From the NCBI GenBank assembly GCA_964016885.1, contig OZ024741.1:354082001-354146000 (forward strand): DNA of 64,000 nucleotides. Reading direction: 5' to 3'. Below the pieces are notes generated by a model. That model had not been told where the DNA came from. It did no database searches and saw nothing but the letters and a program-made list of their open reading frames with translations. This DNA is from Eledone cirrhosa. Taxonomy: Eukaryota. Positions within the stretch are counted from its first letter, which is position 1, and each line of letters begins with the position of its first letter. Position numbers and translations under genes: made by a program. Below, piece by piece: positions 1-15,600 of the stretch.

Positions 1-182
1 GTGGGAGAATGCATGAAGGTGTAAGTATGTGAGTGTGTGTGTGTGTGAGTGTGAGAAGATAAGTCTATTCGAAAATGTGGGGGATAGGTGTTATCTGGTG
101 TTAGAACTGATTTTGTGTGTGTATGTGTGAGAGAGAATAAGTGGAGGTGTAAGCGTGTGTGTGTGTGTGTGTGTATGGGTGT
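1..182 (-). repeat. Inverted copy of the 3' terminal (pLTR) region of the Penelope-like element at 340-1885
   Basis: 1-182 is the near-perfect reverse complement of ~1355-1545 (gtgggagaatgcatgaaggtg... vs ...caccttcatgcattctcccac). Confidence 0.9.
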
Positions 183-363
183 TATGGTTTCCGGGGAAGT
201 TCATTGGCCTGTTAAAGATTTTTGTTGGAGAGCAGGATTGTTCCTAAAACAACAATGATTGGGAGATTTTTGTGATAGGCTATGATGTAGTTATAGGAAG
301 GATGGCAATGGATTATTCCCCTTTCTAGGACGGGTCAAACAAAGCCTGCTGGCCATCACCTAC

Positions 364-1332
364 ATGAACCAGCTAGAATGCCGAGCCCTCAACACCTGCC
401 ATTCCCATGCCTTCTTCACCCGATATGTAGATGACATACTCATCCTCACATCATCCCGTGAGGAGGCAGATAAAATATACACAACATTCTCCAGCATGGA
501 CGCCAGTATAAAGTTCAGCATGGAACACCCCGATGACCGCGGATCCCTATCCCTACTGGACTTCCAACTCAGGGTAACAGAGGAAGGCAACATCCACACC
601 TGCTTCTAAAAAAAAGCCGCCAGCAGGGACCTGTTCGTACATTTCAGATCGGCCCTCCCACTCGGTGCCAAGTTCGGATACATAAGGAACGAACTGGCAC
701 GTATCCGGAACAAATGCACCGACGCTAGAGACCGAGACACACACACCACACATTTCCTGGAAGTACTCAAACTGAACGGATACACGACATCCACCACAAA
801 CCGTGCCAGAAAGAACAGAGGACACCACACCCGAGGCACTAACACTTGCTTCCTGAAGCTCCCACACTTCAGTGAAGAAACAACAACAGCCATCCGCAGA
901 GCCATCAGACGAGAAGGACTAGATATCCAACTGGCCCACTCAGGTCCTTCTCTGCGCTGACAGCTAGCCAAAAGACACTCCACCAGACATGACAACTGCT
1001 GCAGACTAGCCAACTGCCCCATCAACGACACAGACCTATGCCACCAGGCTTACGTCGTATACAGACTAGAGTGTGACAAATGCAACAACTTCTACGTAGG
1101 TAGCACCACCAGACCACTCCACATAAGAATAAAAGAACACCTCAATACTAACGCTTCCTCATTTAAGAAACACCTAGTTAAATGCAAAAACACCGACAAA
1201 ACCATAACAGTTAGGATAGAAACTAAGGAAAGAAACCTCGGCAATCTTAGAATTAAGGAAGCACTAATTATAGATAAAACACAACCACCAGTCAATAATA
1301 GACTAGAACTCAACACCCAATTTATAACCTGA
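364..1332 (+). pseudogene. Disrupted PLE reverse transcriptase/GIY-YIG ORF
   Basis: Single frame with in-frame stops at 607-609 (TAA) and 958-960 (TGA), ending at TGA 1330-1332. Confidence 0.85.
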
Positions 1333-1730
1333 TAGGGCTTCTAGCCCCATATTTACACACCCCATACACACACGCGCACGCACACACACACACGCTTACA
1401 CCTCCACTTATTCTCTCTCACACATACACACACAAAACCAGTTCTAACACCAGATAACACCTATCCCCCACATTTACGAATAGACTTATCTTCTCACACT
1501 CACACACACACACTCACATACTTACACCTTCATGCATTCTCCCACACACTTAAACAGGCATGTATATAAAAACTTTAAAAAAACCTAAACAAACCCCTTT
1601 TAAAGGGAGACTACTCTTTATCCACCTAATTTTAACTCTTTGACATTAGAGATAGAACAGATACTCTATACTATTTCCTGTCAGCATGGCTTGGCAAGAT
1701 ATTTAGAACGCTGGTTTGAGACCTTTATTT

Positions 1731-1767
1731 CCCTCTGAAGAAGAGATATTATCTCGAAAATTAAGGG
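1731..1767 (+). ncRNA. Minimal type I hammerhead ribozyme in PLE pLTR
   Basis: CCCT-CTGAAGA-A-GAGAT att ATCTC-GAAA-AT-TA-AGGG: stem I CCCT/AGGG, stem II GAGAT/ATCTC, palindromic AATT stem III. Confidence 0.8.
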
Positions 1768-1881
1768 CGTTTAAAATAAATCTAAGGTAAAAGACGAATT
1801 GTCAACAATATCTTTTGCAATTGCATTCTTTTTTCTATGTCCATACCTGCATTGTTTTGGCTTTATTATACATATTCAAAC

Positions 1882-2205
<324 letters not shown>

Positions 2206-2409
2206 TTAATTATACTATTTATGGTTATGTAAATACAAAAACCTTTTGCAGTTATATATATTTTTTATACAAACCCTAAATAGTGGTGGGCAGTAATATA
2301 TTACTACCTTATTACCAGTAAGTTAAGTAGCTCAATGTAAAAACATCAGATGATTTACAGAGCAGTTATATGAAATATAAGAATCAAAGAACTGTTCAAA
2401 ACATTTTTG

Positions 2410-2456
2410 TGCTTACAACTGTTTCCTCCAAACCGAGGTTTGGATTCTTCGGAGCA
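2410..2456 (-). ncRNA. Hammerhead ribozyme motif (CCGAAGA core variant) in a probable orphan PLE end
   Basis: Minus strand: TGCT-CCGAAGA-A-TCCAAACC tc GGTTTGGA-G-GAAA-CAGTTG-TA-AGCA. Lies in a 500-bp unique stretch between (TA)n blocks. Confidence 0.65.
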
Positions 2457-2719
2457 ATTTATTAATGAATGGACAGTTATATGACCTCCTTTTCACCCAA
2501 GAGACATACAGATACATATGCAAATATTGTGGGTCAACATTCATTACAGCATTTAGAGTGGCAGTACACACTTAGAGATTACATTCATATTAAAAGGTAC
2601 AATCAAAAATCAAAAATACAGGTTAAAATACAACATGAAAATAAGCGGTTATACAGTGCAAATGTTATATGTGTGGCAAGCACGTGCGTCTTGTTTATAT
2701 ATATATGTAATTATATAAT

Positions 2720-3020
<301 letters not shown>

Positions 3021-3327
3021 GTGTGTGGGGGGGTTGTAATAAACAATGACCGAACAAGAATGAGTTCCCTTACTCTTTTATTGTACATCATAATATTTTT
3101 AACTCTCTATTTCTGATACTCATAAACATATATAGGGATCATGGTACTACACAACTAGATGACACTGTATCAGTTGCATTATACACATCAGCAATATATT
3201 GAGTTCTAACATGGTTTAAAATCCTGTATTTGTATGGCAGACTACTAATCGCTGACCAACAACGAATGTATTTTTTTCCTATCTACGCTTTTCGCCGTTG
3301 TTTTTTCCTTATACTCTCGTCTTCTTC

Positions 3328-3371
<44 letters not shown>

Positions 3372-3411
3372 CTATCTCTATCTATCTATCTATTTATCTA
3401 TCTATATATCT

Positions 3412-4935
3412 ATGAACCGGGACAAGTCCATCGGTTTGCAACTCGGATCGTGGAGAGGCAAACCGATGCCTTCCGATGGCGTCGTCGGACGCTGGACGGA
3501 AGGACCGGTAAAGCTGCTCGGGGTCTGGTTTGGTCCGGACCTCCAGGTGGAGAAAAACTGGAACGAGGTGACGGCCAAGGTGTTTGCACTCACCCAGAAG
3601 TGGGCCGAGTGCAAACTATCCTTGAAAGGTCGAGCGGAGGTGGCGAACACTTTTATAGCGTCCACCATCTACTACCGCTTGACCGTCCTGCCTTATCCAG
3701 CCAAAACACTCAACAAAATTGAGCGCGCGCTCTTCCAGTTCCTTTGGAGGAGGCGGGCTCCTTTGGTGAGAAGATCCATCTGCTGCCAACACCCTTCCAA
3801 CGGAGGGCTGGGGATGCCGTGGCTGACGATGCGCAAACACGCGCTCAGGCTGCGGCATCTCTACGTATTCCTCACCGGACAACCGGTGTGGGCCCCGTTC
3901 GTGAGGCGAGCCTTCCCACGACTCGTCTCGCTGACCGAGCTGCAGTCCTGGGTCAAGCAAAGACCGAGGAAAATGGGCGACTGGCACATCGAATGTGCTC
4001 AAGCGCTCACAGCCCTCTGGCAGGCGGACCCGGCGATCAGTGGAGACTTCACTTCGTCATTCTATAGAGGGTTGATCCGCAGCAAGTGCGACGACGCGCT
4101 CGGTGAAACTCTGGGCGTAGAGGAAGACGAACTGACCAGTCTGTTCGGTAGGACCTTCCGCCCGGGACCGATGGACAACTTCCAAAAGTCCCTGGCCTGG
4201 CAGTGCTACCGAGGAGGTCTACCAGTTCGAGACAAGCTCTACAGACATGGGCGCCTGGGCAGAGACCCTTTGAAAAAGATCTGTCCGAGGTGCGTGCGAG
4301 ACGAAGAAACCGTCGCGCACGCATTCATACACTGCCCAGGCGTTACCGACCTGTGGAGCTATGTAGAACGACTATTGTCGCGGGTGGGACCAATCCGGTT
4401 GACCACCGAGTCCATTGTCATGATCAAACCGCCACCCTCCTTCAAAAACGAAGGAGAGGCGGTTTTCCTTTGTGTGATAGCTATGGCGAAAGAGGTTGTA
4501 TGTTGGACAAGGTTGAAAGGGCTGAGGTCAGACACCTTTCTCTCCGGCCAACAACTGATTCTTTTTTTCAAATATCACTTTAGAAGAAGAATCAGGATGG
4601 AGAGAGAGGTGCTGTACCCCAGCAAGTTTTATGAAAGGTGGGTGAAAGTGGCGAGAATAGCCCGAGTGAATGGGCCTTCTCTCTATATCAGCCTGTAGGT
4701 TGAGGAAAAAGAGGAGAGAAAAGGGGTACAAACTCTTCATACTCCTGGAGATGAGGGTTGCACATTTTTTTCGGTGGTATGTATTAGCCATATGTAATGT
4801 CTCCCCCTATTGGGGAAAATCGATTAACTTTTAAATTGTATTTGTGATAGTATTTTACACGTTTTTATTGTATGTAAACTTCCTCCTTTGTATTTGTCCC
4901 CTTCCTTTGTGCCCCTGTGGCTAATAAAGAAAGAT
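3412..4935 (+). mobile_element. 5'-truncated Tx1/L1-clade non-LTR retrotransposon (ORF2 C-terminus and 3' UTR)
   Basis: Open frame 3412-4698 with KLLGVWFG, LSLKGRAEVAN, GGLG and zinc knuckle CPRCVRDEETVAHAFIHC. 3' UTR ends in AATAAAG. Preceded by (TCTA)n. Confidence 0.88.
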
Positions 4936-4966
4936 ATCTCCCTAATATCCACTCTTCCCTCTCATT

Positions 4967-5000
4967 CTTCCGATGAAGGACTAGTGTCCAAATTGTTAAG
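4967..5000 (+). ncRNA. Degenerate hammerhead-like motif
   Basis: CTT-CCGATGA-A-GGAC tagt GTCC-AAAT-TGTT-AAG. The GAAA box is mutated, so probably dead. Lies ~80 bp before (TA)n. Confidence 0.4.
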
Positions 5001-5079
5001 GCACTTTCCCAGTATAACAAACGTTAAACTAATACATTATCGCATTTCATTGTTTGCACTCGTTGCTTTTCCTTATACA

Positions 5080-5785
<706 letters not shown>

Positions 5786-5787
5786 TA

Positions 5788-7559
5788 CCCTTTAAGGGTA
5801 AAGACCTCGCACTTTACCCTGAAGGACCATAAGGGAAACTTCCTCAACAAACCATCAGTCAGACTTATCAACCCCACTCGTTCTGACATCGGCTCTATCA
5901 GTAAGAAGATCCTGGATAGAGTTCTACCATCATTGCGGGCAGCCACACCACTTCCACTCTGGAGCAGAACATCTGAGGCAATATCATGGTTCCAAAAATT
6001 ACCCGACAAACACCACACTCGCTTCCTGCAACTCGACATAGAAAACTACTATGCCTCTATCTCGGAGCCCCACCTGAAGGACGCAATTAACTTTGCCAGG
6101 AACTTTACCACCATTACCGATGCTGAGCAAGTTGTTATCCTCCACGCTCGTAAGACCTTTCTATACCACGATGGATCTTACTGGGTCAACAAGAAATCTC
6201 AGATCCCATTTGACGTTAGCATGGGGGCGCGTGACTCGGCTGAAATTAGCGATCTTGTGGGCCTGTACATCCTACATCACCTGAAGAACCTCTTTACCGG
6301 CCTAACGGGAGGTTTATACCGAGACGACGGCCTCTTCGCCCTGCATAAGGTTAACCCCAGAACCACCGATGGGTTTCGGAAAAACTTAAGCTCTTTCTTC
6401 TCTAATCTAGGATTTAGTATAACTATAGAATCTAATTTGACTAGGGCCAACTTCTTAGATGTCACTCTCGACCTAGATACTTCCCTCTATTACCCGTACC
6501 ACAAACCTAACGAGTCCCTTAAATATATTAATGTTAATTCAAACCACCCCCAAAACATCACTGATAACCTAGTAAAAAGCGTCTCTATTAGAATATCTGG
6601 CCTCTCCGCCAACATAAATATTTTTAATGCATCTGCCTCCTACTACAATGACGCCCTCGCCCGTAGCGGATTTAAAGATAAGATAACTTACCTAGAAACC
6701 ACCGCAAGATTGCAGAGGAGGAATAGACATAGGCAGATTAGCTGGTACAGCCCTCCCTTCAATAGAGAGGTATCTACTCCGATAGCTAGGATTTTCTTCA
6801 CTTTGCTGAAATTACACTTCCCCATACAACATAGGTACCACACCATCTTTAATAAGAACACAATAAGACTGTCTTACTCCACCACACCTAACCTAGCTAG
6901 GAATATAGCCAACCACAATTCTAAAAAATTAAATAAGCCAACCACCTCCGAACCCAATCCCCTGACTGGGGCTCTATGTAATTGCCTAAATAAGGAAGCA
7001 TGCCCACTTGAAAACAAATGCCTCACAAATGATATCGTATGCAAATGCGATGTCATCTCAGGCACCGAGGATTGCAAAAAAACTTACATCGGCATGACCT
7101 CCAACAACTTTAAGACCCGTTGGTATGCCCATACCCACTCCTTCAGAGGACCGGACAAATCAAATCAGACAACACTCGCCTCCTACGTTTGGGACCTCAA
7201 AAGGAACTCCACCCCCTTCACGCTTAAATAGAAAATACTCCAGAAAGCGCGCTCTTACAACGGAGGACACAAGGGCTGCGACCTTTGTATTTCAGAGAGC
7301 TACGAAATTTTATTCGCCAAGGGCCCGCTACTGAACAAACTCTCTGAACACTGCCCGAACTGCATGCACAAGAACTTTGAAACTTTCAAACACTTTAAGC
7401 CAGTGTTAAAGCCCGATGGCTAAAAACGACCTCCCCCTATTGGCCCTATACCTCCATCCCACCCTACCCCCACCCCTCCTCAACCTGTAATACGGCCACT
7501 ATGGTTATGTGAGTACCTCTTTCCTATCTACATTTTCTGCCTGTAGAGGTGTTTTTATG

Positions 7560-7560
<1 letters not shown>
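5788..7560 (+). mobile_element. 5'-truncated Penelope-like retroelement, second family (RT and GIY-YIG)
   Basis: ORF 5933-7231 has QLDIENYY, VSMGA, GLYRDDG, NFLDV, YHKP, a CNC..CPL linker and IVCKC...YIGMT (GIY-YIG). Homology continues past TAG 7229-7231 (probable W-to-stop) through KILQKARSY...CDLC to ~7423. Confidence 0.9.
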
Positions 7561-9530
<1,970 letters not shown>

Positions 9531-10009
9531 GTGAGTGTGTTTTTTTGTGAATGTGTCTGTTGATTTTTGGCATATAGTTGATTAGTTTAAGAGAAGTTCG
9601 AAGATAATTGTAAGATATGCACTCAGTATTTTGAATTTGTCTACAGAATTCTCTAAACCTTTGTCACTTAGTAGAACCTTAATGAATTTAGCTTTTAAAG
9701 AATCTCCGTTGCCTTTAATTCAATCTACCATGACTGACCCCCCCCCCCCCCCCACTGATCTTATAGACATCTGTTAGCTTAAGAAAAACTTAATGACAAG
9801 GAATGGTATGCCATCCGGAACCTGTTTATAGAATTCTGTCTGCCTTTGTTACTCTAAAAAACAAAAATTAAAAATAAACTATAGCTTTGTAGAATTAGCT
9901 TTTAATGAATTCCCTTTTCTATCAACCAATGACCTACACCCATCCCACTCCCCACCCTCTCCTACCACTTGTAGAGACCTATAAATACCATATTTATTTT
10001 TTGATACCC

Positions 10010-10060
10010 AGATTCCTGATGATTTCTAAAGAATGAAACAGTTCTAGTCCTGTAGAATCT
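10010..10060 (+). ncRNA. Type I hammerhead ribozyme
   Basis: AGATTC-CTGATGA-tTTC taaa GAAt-GAAA-CAG ttctagtc CTG-TA-GAATCT: 6-bp stem I, canonical core, closed stem III, GUA cleavage triplet. Lies ~15 bp before (TA)n. Confidence 0.8.
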
Positions 10061-10074
10061 CATCTATATTAAAA

Positions 10075-11185
<1,111 letters not shown>

Positions 11186-11317
11186 GTATGTATTTTAATT
11201 TTGTATTTCCAAAGAAATACGTTATGTTTATAAATAAACATTTAGAAAGCCATAGCTATAAATAACACACTGGCAGCTAACGCCACCAGGTGGTGCCCGG
11301 TAGAAGAAAGGAGGATA

Positions 11318-11361
11318 ATCGTTGATGCATTTCGAACTCAACTGGTCCTCATCAGGATGAT
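11318..11361 (-). ncRNA. Minimal hammerhead core with weak stem I
   Basis: Minus strand: CTGATGA-GGAC cagttga GTTC-GAAA-TGCA-TC, with a palindromic stem III. Stem I is imperfect. Confidence 0.55.
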
Positions 11362-11552
11362 CTCTTGCAACTGCCGGACTTTGAAAACAGGCGAAAATAT
11401 ATAGTTTTTTCGTCTGTGTAAATGACGTGATTAATCTCATTTGCATATGGAACTGCATAAGTTGGCTCAACTTATAATAGAATAGAATTAGAATTCAGCT
11501 TCGAACATAGCTTATATATGTATATATATACATATATATATATATGTGTGTG

Positions 11553-11585
<33 letters not shown>

Positions 11586-11881
11586 GCATACATACATAAT
11601 GGCTGCAACTCGATTTCGCGTAATGCCATCGCTTGATACTTAAGCGTGAGCGTCCCGGACTTGGCTTTCAGTCTGCTAGGGATTTGCCTATGGCGAACAA
11701 TGTATCACGAAAAATGTCACATATCAAGCGATGCCTTTGCTTGAATCTTTTTTAATTGAGGTAAGGCTTTTCACGGACCCAATCGCACTCTCTGAACATC
11801 AAATGCATGTGCCCAAAATTGGATATAAATGAAGTCACGTGTTTTATAAAAGAATAATCTTCTCCTAGAGAGATGTCTTAA

Positions 11882-12397
11882 CCTTTAGCATTTATATTAC
11901 TCTATATATACTATTATATTTTCACGGTAAACACTTTATTTCACATAATTATCTCACATAATATAGAATCTATGAGATTTTCATATTATTTATTTTCCAA
12001 CAATACTTTAACATCAGCATGAGTGGCCAGTTATGGCCAGTTAGAACAGAAAGAGGTGAGAGAATTCTGGACGAATATGGACGGTTTAGATCAGTCATGG
12101 GCAACCTGCGGCCCGCGAAGCTTTCTGAATGGCTCACCTAAGTCACCTAAATGAAATCTTTCTGATTTTTTTACTCCAACTTTTCAGTCGTAATTTATCT
12201 TTCTATTATTTTTTACAATCGAGGAAAACAACGTGTACGAATTCTGAAGAAACAAATCAAAACAACCTGAGTTACCACCTTTTTTTATGTGGGCACGAAT
12301 CTAGATTAGTGCTTGCGGCCCGCCTGGTGATGAGCCATATCTTATGCGGCCCGCTTCTCGAAAAAGGTTGCCCATGCCTGGTTTAAATGCTAAAGGG
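11882..12397. mobile_element. piggyBac-type MITE
   Basis: TTAA|CCTTTAGCATTTA ... TAAATGCTAAAGGG|TTAA: terminal inverted repeats with TTAA target duplication. Confidence 0.75.
12092..12380. mobile_element. hAT (Charlie-like) MITE nested in the piggyBac MITE
   Basis: TIRs CAGTCATGGGCAACCT / AGGTTGCCCATGCCTG, 8-bp TSD GTTTAGAT/GTTTAAAT, subterminal GCGGCCCGC motifs. Second copy at 33491. Confidence 0.88.
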
Positions 12398-12484
12398 TTA
12401 ATGAAGACTAGGAGTCTCTTGCTCCACAAAAACTTTATTGGATAGCCATTGACTCTCCTGAGTTCCTCCGCCCTTATACATAGA

Positions 12485-12548
12485 TACATACATACATACA
12501 TACATGATGATGGCTGCCCCCTCGTTATCGAGTATGGCCATTGCACGA
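12485..12548 (-). mobile_element. Very short RTE 3'-end fragment with (ATGT)n tail
   Basis: Minus strand tggccatactcgataacgagggggcagccatcatcatgtatgt resembles the 3' end of the 46235 family. Confidence 0.55.
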
Positions 12549-12597
12549 GAAGAAAAAAAAAATAAAATAAATAAATAAATAAAATAAAATAAAATAA

Positions 12598-12684
<87 letters not shown>
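12598..12684 (+). repeat. (AAT)n microsatellite, probable target of the R4/Dong element
   Basis: About 28 perfect AAT units directly abutting the element 5' end. Confidence 0.95.
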
Positions 12685-12685
<1 letters not shown>

Positions 12686-15600
12686 GGAAGAAGACGCACG
12701 AGGTGACGGAGGTCATGAAATCGTTCCCGTAAGTTTTGAATTTTTAACATATTTAAATCATTTGTGAAATAACAACTCTTAGTACAAATGCTACGTAAAG
12801 CACCCGGCTTGAGCCCCAAAAAATTGAATTTTTAACATATTTAAATCATTTGTGAAATAACAACTCTTAGTACAAATGCTACGTAAAGCACCCGGCTTGA
12901 GCCCCAAAAAATTCGGACCCAAAATATATTGTTATAAGGCTCAAATATTCAAATATTCAACTTTGTATTGTACACTGTATATCCAAAAAAGAAAATGGCT
13001 ATAAATGGAAGAAGAACCCCCCCCCCCCCCTCCTCTCCTCTGGCTACACTATATAGGACAGCCAAATTCACCAACACCAGAAACTAGATACACCACCCAC
13101 CCCATCATCTGTGTACACTAAACACAACAGCCAGATAACGACATTTTCACCTTCACCGCCACCGCTCACTACGGCCATCATTACCACCACTATCCCATCA
13201 CCGCCGCCACCACCCCTTGACTCCTTCACTACTGCCACCGCTACAGCACCATCACTACAGTAATACGGTCACATCACCGCCACCACTGCCTCGGTATCAA
13301 CATCACCACCACCACTGTCTCAGTATCGCTACCGCCGCCAGTCTCCCACTTCCCCCTGCTGGCTGCTACTTCCACATTATAGAATTCCTACTACTAACAA
13401 AGAGGAAGACATCAAAATATATAGATAGACTCAAAAGAAAAAAGAAAAAACAAACAACAAAACCAAAGCAGCACAGCAACAACAGCAAAAACGAGAAAAA
13501 CAAACAGAGAAAAACAAAAACAAAAAAAGAAACCCCCAAAACGTAAAGAAAATAAGAATGAAGAGAGAAGCAGGCGGACGGACAGAGAAGAGGGGGGAAA
13601 AAGTAAAACTTAAAAAACAAAAACTAAGTCAGACATTCGAACACTACATTACAATGAAACTTATGCTTATTCATTTTTGGGGCCCTTTCTGCCTGTGTGT
13701 TTGTTTGTTTATGTGTGTTCGTATACAGCGTGGTGATAATGCCACACAAGGGCCAAGTGGGATGGCGGATCCACAGATGGCTATGTAACTATACATTCGC
13801 CAATCCTCGATAAGAGTGTTTAAATATCGAACATAAACAGTTCGAATAACGGTGAAATGGAGACTAGAACGTCATGTGACAGACTCTCACCCAACAGGTG
13901 CCCCCTGGCTCAGCAGCAGGAACCTGACTGTCAACCAAATACTGCTGATGTTGGAGGAAGAAGAAGAAGGAAAGGGGCCAGAACCAACTGGACGAAAGAA
14001 TTGAATAGAACTGTTATGCAATGCTACCTGAAAAGTAACCCCAAGGAGAGGGGCTACAGGAGACGGATGCATAACATCTGGAACGAGATTGGTTTATTTA
14101 AATTAGATGAACAAAAATTGGCCGGGCAGGCTCGGGTAATAAGAACTAATGGGTGGATAAGCGAGCTGGAACTGGAGGAACTGAGCAGAGAGAATGGCTT
14201 GGAGATGGCGGGTGTAGTATGCCAGACAAGCGAGCCAGTGGGAAATGAAGGTGAAGAGGTCCTGAGAACGGAGGAACCACCCGAAGCAGACAATGATCTG
14301 AATACTGAGATAAATAATACCTGGAACAGAGATACGGCCACTGAGGAGATGAATGCTGACGGGCTAGGACAAGATTCGGTTGACATCCTAAATTTAGTGG
14401 TAGATGAATTGAACAATGATAGTGGGAGACCTATGAACCTAAGATTTGTAGACAGGAAAAAGTTAAAAGAAACAACAGCTAAGGTAAACAAAGTCATCCC
14501 ATACCTTGAGGCGAGGAGCCTTCACCAGTGCAACAATATCCTCAAAGCAACAGCAAATACGGTGAGGAAACTACTTGGTATAAAAGCGAGAGGAAACAAC
14601 AGACAAGAAAGAGCAGAGCCGTGGTGGAAGAAGCGACTGAGTGGGCAAATCGGGGAAATGAGGAATGACATAGGAAAGCTTGAGTCACTACTGAATGGGA
14701 CACTGAAAAACATAGGCACTAAAAATAGACTGGAAATAAAATACAAAACTAGGAGTAAAAAGCTAAATATTATCATAGAGGAATTGAAGCAACGCATTGT
14801 AGCAAAGAGTGCAAAAATCAGGCGATACGAGAACAGAGTCAGTCAGTATAAACAGAACCGCATGTTCGACAACAACCAGAAGATGCTGTTTGGACAGCTT
14901 GAGGGGAAAGAAAGAGGCAACGACTTGATCCCTGGAGCGGAACAAACTAAAACATTCTGGAGAGGAATATGGGAGCAGGATGTTAGACACAATGCCCAGG
15001 CAGGGTGGATTGAGACAGTACAGAGGGAGATCGGTGAGCAGGCACAACAACAAACTGATTTGAGTATCACAGTTGAAACTCTTAAGGGGCAAGCCAAAAA
15101 ACTAACCAACTGGAAATCACCAGGCCCAGATGGTGTGCAGGGGTATTGGATTAAACATTTAACATCCCTCCACCCGAAGCTGACGGCCATGTTCAATGAC
15201 TGCTTGGTGTCGGGTGAGGTGCCAGAGTGGTTGACAAAAGGTACCACAGTTCTGATAATGAAAGACCGAATCAAGGGTAATGATGTTACCAACTATAGAC
15301 CTATCACATGTCTGTCCGTAATGTGGAAACTGTTGACGAGCATTGTGTCTGAGGAAATCTACCATCACCTCCACACAAACAACTTGTTACCGGACGAACA
15401 GAAAGGATGCCGAAAGAAGTCACGTGGTACAAAGGACCAGTTACTTATTGATAAGATGGTAATGGGGAATTGCAGGAGGAGACACACTGATCTTGCCATG
15501 GGATGGATAGACTACAGAAAGGCATTTGACATGGTGCCTCATTCCTGGATCACCAAAAGCCTGGAGATCTTCAGGGTGGCGGATAACATCAGACAGTTGC

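Larger units (their letters stand above)
11597..12475 (-). mobile_element. Old RTE-derived non-autonomous element interrupted by nested MITEs
   Basis: The end at 11597 (atggctgcaactcgatttcgcgta) resembles ggtggctgccaactcgttttcgagta at 46235. Flanks cttctcctag...|...ggatagccattgactctcctgagttcctccgccctt resemble cttctcctag...ggatggccattgactcttaagagctcctttgccctt at ~46590-46682. Confidence 0.6.

Noticed and set aside
13217-13788. Short ORFs in the R4/Dong 5' UTR as a possible ORF1
   Set aside because: Low-complexity sequence, the first is frame-disrupted between copies 1 and 4, and R4-clade elements have a single ORF.
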